From positions 9,794,287 to 9,858,286 of the forward strand of contig OZ316899.1 in assembly GCA_973895155.1 (NCBI GenBank): 64,000 nucleotides of DNA, in the 5' to 3' direction. This DNA comes from Marsupella aquatica (Eukaryota; Plantae; Marchantiophyta). Shown here piece after piece: positions 47,401-61,218 of this stretch. Under the pieces are notes generated by a model. It saw only the letters and a program-made list of their open reading frames with translations. It made no database searches and was not told the DNA's origin. How positions within the stretch are numbered: position 1 is the stretch's first letter; every line of letters starts with the position of its first letter. The translations under genes and the position numbers were made by a program.

Positions 47401-49951
47401 TAGGGTTGAGGGAGTTTTAAACTCAAGAGCTATTCTCTAAAAAATGGCTAAGCATTGAGGTCTAAGAATGAAGTCACAAGAACCTAAGGTAGCTACGCTG
47501 TTGCTAGAGAAGAAAGGAATTGAAAAGAGATAGAAGTGAAAGAGTTCTGATCAGGCAAAGTTGAGAACTCCATAGCTTTTCAGATTTCAAGAAATCAGAA
47601 AGCTTCTCTCATTCAATACTCCTCAACGTCTCATCAATGTCAGTTCAGAATCGGGGTGAATCATCTCTAAGTAAATGTGCTTCTTTGGCAAGTGGAATGA
47701 AGGCAAATGGTGGTCTAACAAGTGAGCATCAAAGGTCGAAGCTTGCGCCCTCCTCCCGGCCAGCATGGACGTCTCACAAAAAAAATGCAAAAGGGTAATC
47801 GGGCCGTCGCGGACGGCTTTAGGTTGTGGACGGATGGACGTCAATCGCGGAACTTGACTACCTTAACACTTAGCTCCAACATCGCTGGCTTTGACGCCAA
47901 GCTCCCTTATGGTCCAGGCCCGGATAGGCCATCCGGGGAGGACTTAAGATGGGGAGACTTGTGGGCAATGAGACGTGGCTCTAGCAAAGGCAAGGCGCCA
48001 AGCTGGTGACACACACTAAGGACTTAGACTAGTTGAGTGCTGGTCGGGTCAAGGGGAAAGGGGTCGGGCTCAAGGTCAACCGTCCGGACCCCCGGACGGA
48101 CTTTGAGTTCTGAGGGCTTGAGTGAGAGCTCCTCTTGGGCCCACGGCCAATGGAGTTGGACGCCATGGGCAACAGATGTTGGGGGCACAAGTTATGGCCC
48201 CATCGGGGGCCCCAACTGGCGATGGGTACTAAGGGCCTAGGATGAGCACTGGGTCGGCCCGGTCACAACTAGTTAAGACAGTCTGCTTGTGGACGCCTAA
48301 CTAGGAAGTTATGAGCGTTGTCAGCTGGTGGCGCGCCCAAACATGCGGGATAGGGTCCGGGTTGGGGACCAAAAAGTTAAGGACCAAAGTTGGTTCGGGG
48401 GTGGCAGGTCTCCAGAAGCATATATGAGGGGAGAGGTATCTCCCAGGGGGCTAAAGGCAAGCCAAAGTCATCAGCCGCGGCGGTCGCGACACTAAGGGAA
48501 AACGTCAAATGGAAACGACAATAACTTCCCAACGGGAAGCCCATTGGAGGACTTCTTGGGTGCGTTGGAAAGCTCTTGAGGAAGGCTATATCCTCTTGAG
48601 CTCAGCTGGGTCTGGTGGCACCATAGGTTCTTGAGGTTTGCGTGTGTTATCTCGCCCACTTGCCAAATCCTGCCGAAATAGCAACCAAGCCGCGTTCAGT
48701 CTCTCAAGGGAGCTTGCATTGGGGAGTCAAGGCCAAGTAGGCGTGGAGGTTGAGTTGCAAGGGCACTTGGTCCCTAGACCATCAATGGGGTGAGAACCAC
48801 GAGTTAGTTGCTAAAGTCGGGGCCGTTCTGGTCCCGGCATGTTGGGACAAGCTTGGGACAAACTTTAGGACAAGCTACGCTATTTGGGCCATGAGCATGT
48901 CCTGGGGGCAGGGCGGTCAGTTGGTGATGGATAGGTGCGAGGGAGAACCCGGGCTGCGCCCAAGGAAGGAGTTGTTTTGGACAAATAGTGGGCGTCAGTT
49001 CTGGTTCCGGCTTATGGCGTCTGGAGGACCTATCGCTAACCTACTTACCAAGTGTGTTGAGCTTGAGTTAGGATGCTAGACTTGGAGAGTTCTAGATCTT
49101 GAAGGGTTACTTAGCAAGATGCTTGGTTGCTTGTGTAGAGAGGGCGGTTGAGTAGCGGTTGTGTTGGAGAGCAAGTGCGGCTTCGTATGGGAGGGGCCGC
49201 TAGTGGTGCAAGGGGCACTAGGTTGCTTGCTCGAGGTATTCTGCAGAGGCGTTTGGGTACCAAGGGCACTTAGGCATGGTGTTGGGATTGGTGAGGGCGC
49301 TGGGTGGCAAGGTCCACCACTATGTCCTGGACGTCCCTACATGGAGGCCGTCCAAGACGTCACTTGGATGCCATCGCGGGAGGTGGCGGGCCATCTTTGG
49401 TGAAAAAGGTGGACGTCCTTTACATAGGGCCATCCAGGCCGGCACTTGTTGCCGTCTTTTACTCGGGGCCGTCCAGGCCGTCCTTAATTTCTTTGAAATT
49501 GGCCTTCTCTTGCTGTTGTCTTGACGTCTTGCCAATGGGTATCCAAGCCATCCCATCTTCTAAGTCGTCTTAACTTGGAATAACTATCTTAAGAGGCCTT
49601 ATAGATTCTAAAAATTTAAAATTTTCATGGTTTTTGATACTTTAACTTATTTTTAGGAACAATCACCATTTCACACCAATCTAAGTATTCAAGTTTTGGA
49701 TGTATGAATTAGAGATAGAGAATAAGATTGAATGAATTAATAAGGCGGGTCTTTGAAATCTAGTAAATATGGAATTGTATTGACTCTTACAACATAAAAC
49801 CGATCACCATAGGTGTATAAGGAAGTTGGAGAGAGAAAACTGATTTATCTATCGAGAAGAAGGAGAGCCTAAAGGAATTCAACTTAGAGTATTTTCTGAA
49901 AGAATCATTTTAGAATTTTGTGTGTGTTAAAACAACAAAGAAATTGCTTTA

Positions 49952-52900
49952 TATTATGCACACCATAGACACCAATGCACCGACAAGCTCACTTCCTTCT
50001 CACTGATTGTGGGAGTGAAAATAACTCCCTATATAGTACATGGTATGGTGGTTATGTAACCGCCTCAATTCCCTATATACTAGGGTGAGTCTAGGTAATC
50101 AAAGTTAGGGTTTATCCCTTACAACACTCCCCCTTGGTTGGATGAGAAGGATTTTTCAAACAACCACAAAATATGGGGAAAAACTAACCCTTTTGTTATA
50201 ATCCTCTTATATGGTCCAAGTTTAGTATGGTCTCATTAAAACCATGCTTCAATCATGGAAAGAGTGCCACTACTATTACATGGCTTAGGGTCAATAATAG
50301 GTTAAGTCCTTAACATGTCTATGGAATCCAAAGAAAGCTTATGCTAAAAGGTATATACTAGCATCTATACTACAATATGTAAATTTGAAATACAAACAAC
50401 TGTCTGTATTTTGTAAGGAGACAATAAACTATCGGGCGCCGACCCTAATTGTGCAGCCAAAGATGACACACTCTGCATGGGCACGTTTGTTTGTGTGGTC
50501 ATCTTTTGTAAGTTTGTTCTTGCAGGGTCGATCGAGTGATGCATGTCTCGAGTATCTTGGTGAACTTTGAGTTGTCGTTCGATCAAAGGAACTGCATGTA
50601 ATGGTAGAGATCGAGGCAGGTCAATGGAGCAAAGTCAAGGTTGATGAGGGGCCATTACGTTTCAAAATTTCCTCGGTGGCGCTCAACAGATTGCTTCAAC
50701 TATAAGGGAACCGATTTCTTCCGGTTAGTAAGTATTCTTCGAGCTCGAGTAATTTTGATTTATCCATCGGTGCCTTGCAGCATCGATGCCATGCTCCTCA
50801 TTCCTATGCCATATGTATGTTCTCGGTGGAGGGATGGCGGTAGGGGTTTGGTAAATAAATTTGCCCTATTTTCTTTGCTAGGAATCCACTGCACGTTGAC
50901 CTGTTCGTCGTGTTGTTTGTCGGTATAGAAGAATTTGGGCGCTATATGTTTAATTCGGTCCCCTTTGATGAATCCCTGCACTATCTGATCTACACAGAGT
51001 CGATTATCTTCATATATGATCGTCGGTTGATCAAATTGGGGCCTGCCAGTGTGTATTTGAATATGGTCTATCACGTGTCGTAACCAAATGCATTCCCTGG
51101 TGGCTTCATAGAGCGCAATTATCTCCGCGTGGTTAGAAGAAGTAGTTGTCAATGTCTGTTTGCAGCTTTTCCACGAGATCGCAGTGCCTCCTTGGAGAAA
51201 ACATATCCCGTTTGGGATTTTGCGTCGTCTGGATCTGAAAGGTACCCTGCGTCCGCGTATCCCACCAATAGGTTTTCTGACTGCTTGGGAAAGAATAGTC
51301 CCATATTGGTGGTTCCTTGCAAGTAACAAAAAATGCGTTGACTCCATTCCAATGATGTATGGTTGGCTTTGCGCTATGGCGAGCGAGGAGGTTCACTACA
51401 AACAAGATGTCAGGACGGGACTGTGTAGCAAGGTACATTAGAGCCCCTATTGCAGAGAGGTAACGTTTTTCAGGGCCAAGAATCATTTCTGGTTCAGTCC
51501 ATTTCTTGAATGTATCCTTATCAGGATCTGAGGACCTCAAATCCATGGGAGTGCTGATTGGGTGAGCAGAGTCCATGTTAAATTGCTTGAGTACCTTCTC
51601 AGTGTAGGTAGATTGGTTAATGAGTATACCATTCGGTAAGTAATTGAATTGTAAGCCCAAACAATAGGTGGGCTTTCCAATATCCCGCATCTCGAAGGTT
51701 TTCTTAAGGATCTCAATTGTATGAGTTGTTATTGTTGCTGTGCCAAAAATATTTATGTCGTCCACATAGATCGCAATAATCATGAAGTCATCTCCCTCCT
51801 GTTTAAGAAATAGACAAGGAGCAATGTCGTCAATAATGAAATTCAATGTAAGCATTTCAGCTTTGAATCGTTTGTACCATGTCCGTCAACTCTGTTTTAA
51901 ACCATACATGGAACGAAGTACCTGAATTGCAAGTTCTCTTTTAACTCTCTTTGTTTGTGTAGCAGGGGTAAGCACTGAGAGAGGCATCCATTTCCTCTGA
52001 TCGGATGTGTGCAGCACATCTCGCTGGGTCGGTACAGAAGGTCCGAGCTCAATTGTCAAGGAATCCAAATCTCTTATAGGGCAAGTTTGGAGTACTCCAG
52101 GTTGCAGACCTGGGTTTGTTCTATCGGTTTTCTCCCCCTCAATGTGGAACGTTAATCTCTTAATTAGTTGGGGTGCCTTCATATATATTGTGGTATCAAG
52201 TATACCATAAAGATAGGCAGTGATCACGTCTAAAATATGCATGATGAGTTTGTGCAGAAGAGCATATGCGATGAGATATCTGTATGTGAATCCATCACAA
52301 GAGAGTAAGTTTGATCAAAGTCCCGACCGGGAATCTGGGTGTAGCCCTTTGCTACTAAGCAAGCTTCATGTCTGATCACTTCTCCTTTCGCATTGCGTTT
52401 CCTGACAAAGATGAACCTATAACCCGTGAGATGGGTTCCTGCAGGTGCAGGTATAATCGGTCCAAAAACTTTTTGTTGTATGAGGGAGTCCAGTTCTGAG
52501 TTTATAGCTAGCTCCCATTGTGGCCAGTCTGGTCAAGATTGGGCCTCAACAATCGTTAGAGGATCTGGTGTATCGTTTGTGATCTCCTCAGAGATATTAA
52601 ATGCAAAGGTATCATTGACCTGTATTGTATCACGCTGCAATATCTTCCCGGTATGCCCATAATTAATCGTGATCTCCTCATTATCGGCCTGTTGTGGTAA
52701 AGGTGATATTGTAACTGGTAGAACAGGGGGAGATGGAAGGCCTGTATGCGGCAGTCTAGGGTGAGAGTCCCTGGATCCCATAGGGCGACCTTGCTTTGCC
52801 CTTGGTGCAGCTTCAGTTGCTGGTGTAGACTTCCAAGAAATTCAAGCTGGTATGTTTGTTGCCTCTAAATGTGAGCGAGTGACCGTGGCTGCATCGTTGA

Positions 52901-55900
52901 AGGCATCTGGAAGTTTCATAAGCATCTGTTGTAAGTGGAGGACACGTTGTACTCCTTGATCTGCTTCTTTAGTTTGGTGGTCGTCAGTAAAAGGATGTGT
53001 AGAAAACCATTGTAAGTCCTTCACTTTTACCTCTCTACTTCTGTTTGGCTCTTCCGTAAGAGTTGGAAATTCATCTTCAAAGAAATTGCAGTCTTGGAAC
53101 CGTGCTTTGAAAATGTCTGTTGTTGAGGGTTCCAAGTATCTTATGATGGAGCATGAGTCAAATCCAACATAGATGTCTCGTTGTCTCTGAGGTCCCATTT
53201 TAGTTTGTTTATGACCTAAAATTGGGACAAGGACCAGGCAGCCGAAAGTCGGTAGATGTGTGATATCAGGTGGCAATCCATATGCCAGGAAGTGGGGGGT
53301 TTGGGAATTAAATGATGATGGTCTCAATCTAAGGAGGGCGGCTGCATGTAGGACTGCATGGCCCCAAGCTGATGCTGGTAAGTTGGATTGCATCAGTTCG
53401 GGTCTGGCCACCATCTGGATTTGTTTGATCACGGATTTGGCAATGCCATTTTGAAAATGAACATGTGCAACAGGGTACTCAGTGTCGATACCTGCAGTTT
53501 CACAGAAGTCATTGAAAGTTTTTGATGTAAATTCCCCCGCGTTATCAACTCTAATTTTTTTGATTGGGTTCTCTGGGAATTGATGTTTTAATTTCAGGAT
53601 ATGTGATAAAATCCTCAGAAAAACAAGATTCCTGGTGGAAAGCAGTGAGACCTGTGACCACTTGGTGGAGGCATCAATGATAACCAGGAAATATCTAAAT
53701 GGGCCAGAAGGAGGGTCAATTGGGCCACAAACATCTGCTTGTATCCTCTCTAGGAATTGTGGGATCTTATGTATTGTCTTTGATGGTGATGGACGAGTCA
53801 CCATTTTCCCTTGTGAGCATGCAATGCATGGTCTGCTAGAGGCTGAGGGGTGAACGCCTTGAGGTATGCCAACGGTAGCCTTTAAGATATTGTGGTACAT
53901 AGTTGTACCAGGATGTCCGAGACGATTATGCCATCTCTGTGTTAAGGTAAGTGGAGTAATCTCGGGAGTAATCTCAGTATGATAAGAATAGATTCGAGTG
54001 ATGTAGAGTCCGGGAGGATATATGGGTAGTATCTCGCGGACTAATCTTCCTGATTTGGTGTTCTCCAGGATGTGCAAGACTTCACAGTTTCCACAGGTGT
54101 CTGTGTGAATATGAAATCTGTTGGCACGTATGTCACTAAAACTTATAAGGTTTCTAGTGGCCCGTGGTGCATAAATTGCTGAGTCGATTTTGATAATTGT
54201 TACCTTGGGAAATCTGACTTGTGCTGGACCATAACCTTCCTCTATGTAATTGGATCCAGTGATTGTTGTCATGGATTGATGGGATGGAGTTATGTTGAGG
54301 AAGTAGTCTTTGTGGCGCGGGATTGAATGAGATGTGCCGCTATCAACAATGCAATTGTGATGATCGTCCAGAAGAGAGGGATTAGATCCTAGTCGGGCAG
54401 TATGGACCTCAGGTGCTACTGGGTCTGGTGCATAGTTCTCAATATTATCTGTAGTTTCCATGTAGTTACCATGATAGGCTTCATTACTGGGTGTTTCCAT
54501 GCTTTGCTTATAAAGTTTGACTAGATGGGCAGGTGCTCAACAATCTCTCTGTATATGTCCTTTTGTGCCGCACTTGAAGTATTTTGCAGAGTTATCATTC
54601 TCTCTTATCCAATTATTGTATCCCCTTCCGCGGCCTCTCCCTCGACCTCTGTCTCTGTATCCACCACCTCGTCCTCGTTGTCCGCCTCTTCGATTAAGAT
54701 TTCCAAAGGTTTGGCCTCCCCGTTCAGGTTGGTCATTGCCCCTGCCTCATTGTTGGTTTCTGCCCCGACCATAGGTTTGTCCTCGCCTCCCCCTGAAATT
54801 TCCACGCCCTCTGCCTCTTGCTTTGTCATTCTATCGATTGAAGTTGATTTCAGGTTTAGGTGGGGGTGCGGCAAACCCTGGTGGGCGAGATTTTGCATTC
54901 TCTAGGAGGAATAATTGATGCTTCTCTCCAAGAAGCATATGAGCAATGAGTTCTGAATATTTCGTAAATCCCTTTCTGTATTGTGATGCAAGGAGGAGAT
55001 TTCCTGTGCTGAACGTTGATAGGGTTCATTCGATTTGCTCGTCGTCGCCAACTGGGTGGCCACAGACTGCCAATTGTGAGATAATTTGGAAGAGTTAATT
55101 TGCCATTGTAATTGGATATGGAAGTATGGTCCTGTACTCGCAAATTTATCCAATCATGGCAGGCGGCTGGTAGGAAAACCAGTCGCATGTGATCAAACCT
55201 TAATTTCAGATCCTCCTAGAGGATTAAGGGGTTAAATTGATTTAGCTATTGGATCTTGAGTGGCTCTGCAAGGTGGTGGCATATAAAGATTAATGCTCTT
55301 GCCTTTTGTTGTAAAGTTAGTCTTGCGTCAGTTAAAATTGCGTCCTGAAGGTCTTTTGATGCAAGATATGCTTCGACGTCCAGTGACCATGATAAATAAT
55401 TTGCGCCATCAATGGTTAGGGCCTTAAATTGAAGCTTCTTGGTTGAATTCATGTTCATGAGTCTACTATGTTTATGATGATTAGAATATAAATTGAGTTA
55501 TATTCAGGAATCTGAGAGTTATGATCTGCCTGGATATTGTGAAATTTAGCACTATTAAACTGGCCTTGAGATGATAATACAAATGCAAAGAAATTTTGAG
55601 AAACTTCCTAGTATTGGCCGAAGGTGCAGAATCTCCCATGTATATTGGTGTCCAGATGCTTGTGCTCCAGTTTCTTCAATTTTTGATTTCGTGCATGTAC
55701 GATGGATTTTGATTCACTCCATAATTCAAAGTGTGCACCTTGATTCAATGAACATGGCAACAAAAACAATTGTTGCCTGGTACGAGTCACTAGCCATAAG
55801 CTTCATTCTAGGGAAGGATGAGTAATTGAAAAAATATTCTGCTCAAATTGGAGAGTTGTGCTGATAATGTATTATGCACACCATAGACACCAATGCATCG

Positions 55901-56044
55901 ACAAGCTCACTTCCTTCTCATTGATTGTGGGAGTGTAAATAACTCCCTATATAGTACATGGTATGGTGGTTATGTAACCGCCTCAATTCCCTATATACTA
56001 GGGTGAGTCCAGGTAATCAGGGTTAGGGTTTATCCCCTACAACA
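49952..56044 (-). mobile_element. Full-length (degenerate) Ty1/copia element, Bianca-like lineage
   Basis: 175-bp LTRs at 49952-50126 and 55870-56044 (7 differences), TSD CTTTA (49947-49951 / 56045-56049), PBS TTATCAGCAC, PPT AAGGGGGAG. Gag KLQFKALTIDGANYLSWSLD, protease IVDSGTSH, integrase FLERIQADVCGPIDPPSGPFRYF, RT IYVDD, RNase H GYADAGY / SSNHAE / YEDN. Confidence 0.95.
50760..55458 (-). pseudogene. Bianca-like gag-pol (frameshifted)
   Basis: ORF fragments 55458-55246, 54500-52842, 52242-51886, 51855-51133 and 51347-50760 in copia domain order. Confidence 0.9.
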
Positions 56045-57699
56045 CTTTAGGATTTCAAATCACATAAAACCGGAATAAAATGCTTTCATTATTCCTACCG
56101 GAAAAGAACTTTGGTATTTAGAAGCTTAATCACATAAATTGTAGGTGATTACACTTACCACAGGGAACTTGGAATGCAAGTAACAAAGTCCAATTGAAGA
56201 GCCATGTTCAATCTAGAAACAATCAAGCTTAGTCTGGGTTTGTTCCAAGTGGACAACTGAAAGCAATCATTAGTGTAGCATCAAACCTCGTGGAAAAGAC
56301 ATGAGAATCAAAATTGGAGAGCTACATCCAAAATTTGTAGGGCAAAACCAATTAAAGTGCATGGCAACAACTGCCTAGAGGGAAAAGCGCGATGGAGTTG
56401 CTAGCCTCATTTTAAACTATTCACCTGCTTTTATTTTAGGTTGATTGGGCCAGTTGTTGACTCGTGAGGAAGGCCAAGAAATAGCATGGACATGTACAGT
56501 CAAATGACGCGCGCAGATAAAGGGAGACACTGATTCCATGATCCCATTTACTCCCTTTGACTCCATCACCATTAGCATTTCATCATTTTTGCCAGATAAA
56601 TCATTTCACAGACACTTCCCGAACAAAGCAAAAGAATACACCTCTTTCATATATTCTCAATTTTACTTCATAGATTTCTTGGTTTGGGATTAAGAATATG
56701 GTGTTCACAACTATACTAAATCATCTTTGACTTGCATTGGTATATTTGGATTTTGTCATCGAAATGTACCCAATTGGCTTGAGGACTCAAACCACTCGAG
56801 GGGTTTTTCAATACGCATACACACTCAACTTGACAACCAAATCCTGACTAACTATTGAATTGAATGGGCCTATTCCAATCAGAACTTAAATGCAACACAC
56901 ACAGAGAACTCAGATAACCTCCAAACTGACTGTAGTCGACTCAAGCAAAGCACTCAACCGCGTACACAATCCATCAAGCATACATTCTGCAAGCTAATCT
57001 TGGTAGCCAACTCCATTTAGATGATATACATGGGAATTGCAGGTAATTCATTACATAGTACCTTACATAGCCAACCAATCTCTAGTGCTCCGACTTGGGT
57101 GCATATAACTTGACTAGGAATTGAACAAGCCCCGAGAGCCATGCAACAAAGGTTTTTATCCTTGCAGCGTGCCCTCGGAATCCTACCTACAATATCTACA
57201 CCCTTGAAAGGGCAAGCTATACCTCCCTAGTGAGTGACACTTCCCCATGCAGTCCTACTACATTTCCCTGGAGTCACTCCATGTTGCATAACTCATTGGT
57301 CACCTTTCCAACTCTAGGCACGAGATCATAACCCCCACTAATTGCTCGATGTTGGTGGCCTCCTTGCCATCAAGATTGTCAGCATCCACTTGGTCTTGTC
57401 ATTGTCATGTCTGAAACACGCCCCCTAGAATAACTTAATCTAAATTAGTCTCTTCAGCATCTCCACTAACGTCACTATCTCCAACGGCCTGGTTGCTGAT
57501 ATCGGGCCTAATATCTAAATTGGGTATTTTCCCAATAGTATTTACATTCTCAATATTGGGTATATTCCCAATATTGCTATGTACTCTTCTAGGTCCTTTA
57601 TCACTAGCCTGCTAATCTCCCTCCTCTTGAGTGATGGGCTTAATTGGTACTTTTGGCTATGTTGGCATGTCTCTCGCTTTGGTAGTTTCTAAGTCAAAC

Positions 57700-59760
57700 A
57701 CAAAATTGGGGACCTAATTATGAGGTGGAGATGGCAATGGAGGCATGGGCGCCTTTCCCTTATTTCCCCTTTGGCTTCCTACAGCTGTAGAGCAAGATCT
57801 CTTTAAGGTTATTGCTTGCTTATCAATCTGCTCTTGTAGTTGATCGGCCTGGGTCTTTTCAGACTTGGCCTCATCGACCACCACATCCCTCTGACCGTAC
57901 TAGCTACCAAGTTTTACTCCTAATTAAACTTAGCTTTAATATCCTTGAGTAGTGGATAAGACTTGGTCTTGCAATCCTCCAACTCAACCTTTAGCTTTTA
58001 GCTTCCTGGATTATGCCTAAGAGATTGACCGTGTTTGCAGACCACCCAATGTTGGTACTAATGATGAGTGCAGATCTGGGCGATAGCAGTGCCCTCAATC
58101 TCCCAATACATAAACATTACAAACCCCAAGATTCCCCTTAAATGCAGTCATAGGTGATGATGTGGTCCCTTGAGCCATAACTCCTTATGAGGTGCTCGAT
58201 TGTACCAATAGTCCAGCTTGTCCAGTCATCTTGGTCCCCAATAAATCTGAATCCTCCTCCTGAACTATCTGCTTGGCTACAATTGAATGATTCTTGGGCT
58301 ATCTTGTTGGGGGTGGTATTGGACTATCCTCTGAGCTCTTTGTGTAATCTGAAGACTCAGCTTGTCGAGTAACTCCTTGCTGACTATGGATATATATCCA
58401 ATACTCCTCTAGTTGGGATGGGTGTTTTATTCCACTCCTTGGGCACGCTCAATTCCTCCTTTGGCGGTAGAGGCTCTTCCTCTATGACCCTAGTCTCCAT
58501 TCCTTGTGCTGCAAACATCTTATCCCAAGCGTATTGGCAAAGTATCTCGGGGGGTTGACTATAAAAAATCTTAGGAACCACGTGCGATCCAAAATAGGTA
58601 TTTTGGATAGAACTTAACTAAATTTTTAAAAAGCGTAGGAGGCAAAAGAAGGTATTATAAACTCATGTTTATAGAATATTCGTTAATATATACAGTTTAT
58701 AAAGTAAAATAGGTCATTAATATTAAAAATAGAGAATATTCTTGGAATATTTTCTTTATAAAATAGGTCTATTTATATTAGGTTAGGATCGCACGTGGTA
58801 CCCCAAAATATACACTTAGTTAACCCCCCGAGGCAAAGTATACCAAGGTGGAAAGTCATAAGTCTCTTGACTCCCGATGAAATTGTTTGTCTGATGAGCA
58901 ATGTTGAGTTGCTCCTTCAACTTCTTGAATAAGAACCCTGAGTAGTCCTTTGATTTGCAAAACATCTAAGTTAACAATCACTGATATTTTCCCAATTCAG
59001 GCCGACTCCCTGATAGCCATAACATAGCCCTCAATAATTACACAATTTGCACCCTTTTTGGATTGGTGCATTGAGTCTTGAGAAATCCATTGTCCTTTGG
59101 CTTCCCATTGAACTCTATAAATATGTCATAACGTTGGAAGAATTGGGTATCAATCTTGCTACTCCCACCCAACTCTAGATGGAAGGCATTGGCTATGACC
59201 TTCTCTATTAACTAGAACTCTCCATCATAGATATAAGTGAGGATCCCAACTACCCACAAACTCCATCAACTCTTGATTGGGGATGTCCTTACCAAGCCAT
59301 GGTAACCAAATGAAACCCTCCAACCCTAAATTCTTCATGAAGCCTAAGAACTTGTTTGACTGCAAGGCTGCTATAGCCTCAACATTCTTGGTGGGTCTTA
59401 CTAGCTTCAACTTGGCCTCCGCAAGTATAGTTTCCATCCTCCCCTTCTAGTTCCAATACTTGGGTGGCGACGTGATTGCTATTGCTTCATACTTGAATCC
59501 TTGTCTATTGCCTCTTGATTGGATCCCTGATCCCAACCAGCCTTTGTTGCTGACCAGTTTCTTCCTTGGCCCCAACCCCCTTAGTTGGAGTTTTGTCCCT
59601 TCTTTGCTGGTGGCTCCGTCCCAACAGCTTCATCCACTACCCGCTTTAGATTACTTTTGGCCTCCTTAACCACTGCCTTATGCACCATATTTGCTTCTAT
59701 AGCAATACATTCTGAGGTTGTTGAGAATCCTCCCCTCCTAAGATTGTCTTGGGCACCCAC
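57700..59760 (-). pseudogene. Degenerate transposon accessory ORF, similar to 45611-47400
   Basis: MKNLGLEGFIWLPW resembles LVEMGLSSLLFIPW, and a coiled-coil fragment lies downstream. Many stops. Confidence 0.4.
58546..58832. mobile_element. Mutator-type MITE (287 bp)
   Basis: 9-bp TSD GCAAAGTAT (58537-58545 / 58833-58841). TIRs CTCGGGGGGTT.ACTA...ACCACGTGCGATCC and GGATCGCACGTGGT...AGTTAACCCCCCGAG. Confidence 0.92.
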
Positions 59761-60206
59761 TCCTTAGTAGACCCTGGTAAATTCCAATGCTGTATTGAGC
59801 ACCACTAGATGACTTGTCGGATCGATTGTAGATTCCTGTCCTCAAAGCATAACACATTCAAATACTCAACACTAGGTGCCCACTTGAACGTTGCATCAAT
59901 GAGGGTACTACCCGATGATGAATGTAGTGGATGTAGTTGCCCACAAACATGCAATATCCACCCGCTTTCTCTCAGCTCGCGTAGGATTGGTCTCCTTGTT
60001 GGTTTCAATGAGTTGTTGCATGTAGTTGAGAAGTGTCCGCCAGAATTACCTTGCTTGATTTACTTAAGCCATCAATACTTAGACAAAGAGGTTACAGTGC
60101 CTAAACCCTAAAACTTGCGGCTGATAATCTCAAGAGTTCCGCCCGATAAGTAATTCTAGGGTGTGAGAAATGAAATGAACAATGACTGTCCAAACTCACT
60201 CCCTTA

Positions 60207-61218
60207 GAGCATCTCCACCGGTTTAGGGGCGTCCGACCCCTATTCAACCCATAATACAATGAGACCTTTGGAGGCCTGAGAAGTGGAGGCTCCTCCATCC
60301 AATTTACAATCACCACTGGTCGCCCCCTATTTTGACCGCTATCGGTTAACGCTGGTTCAAACTACAGGAAAAGTAGTTCAAATCCGGATTTTACCCACCG
60401 AAACAAGCCAATTCTTCTCTTGAACCTGTTCAGCAGCTAGTTCATAGGTTGCATCATATGGCTTCTCTCGCAAAGTGGAGGCAAGATTTCATGAGAATGC
60501 AAGAGGAAGATGAAGCAGATTGGGATGAGGAGGAGAGGTTTTGGGAGATGATTCTCTACCAAGGACCACTAGCAATCACCTCCATCTTGGGAGAAAGAAG
60601 GAAAAGAAAACATGGAGGCTCCCGGCCAGGAAGAAGCACCAACGTGGACAGAAACAAAGAGAAGTAGGTGGGCAATCTCTTCAACAATTACTTTGCAGTG
60701 AATCCCACGTATTTAGAGCTCTCATTTTGAAGAAGGTTTAGGATGAGCTCTAGGTTATTCAACAAAATTCTTCCTACCGTGTGTGCCCATGATCCTTATT
60801 TCCAATTGAAATATGATGTTGCAGGAAAGCTGGCCTCTCCCCACACCAGAAAATAACTGCTGCACTTTGTCAATTGGCTTATGGGATTGGGGCGGATGCA
60901 ATGGATGAGTATTGCAGGATTGCTGAGAGCACTGCTCTTGAATCCCTCTATAGGTTTGTGAAAGCCATTCGGGAATTGTATCAAGGAAATTACTTGAGGA
61001 AGCCGGCAACACAAGATTTTCAAAACCACCTGGAAATCAATGAGGATTGAGGCTTTCCAGGAATGTTTGGCCCTCTTGATTGCATGCATTGGCAATGGAT
61101 AAATTGCCCTGTAGCATGGCAAGGACAGTACACCAATAAGGATAAGACCAAGTCAATTATTCTTGAGGCAATTGCAGACCAAGAATTATGGATTTGGCAT
61201 GCTTTTGGGGGATTGGCT
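60207..61218 (+). mobile_element. PIF/Harbinger element: left end and nuclease (transposase) pseudogene, interrupted by a MULE
   Basis: TTA target then TIR GAGCATCTCCA at 60207. Reading frames give RRFRMS, KITAALCQLAYG, DEYCRIAEST, GFPGMFGPLDCMHWQWINCPVAWQGQY and IILEAIADQELWIWHAF, ending abruptly at 61218. Confidence 0.9.

Noticed and set aside
47620-49570. Short ORFs in a GC-rich block as genes
   Set aside because: No recognisable domains or splice structure. Probably the non-coding interior of a repeat that I cannot classify.
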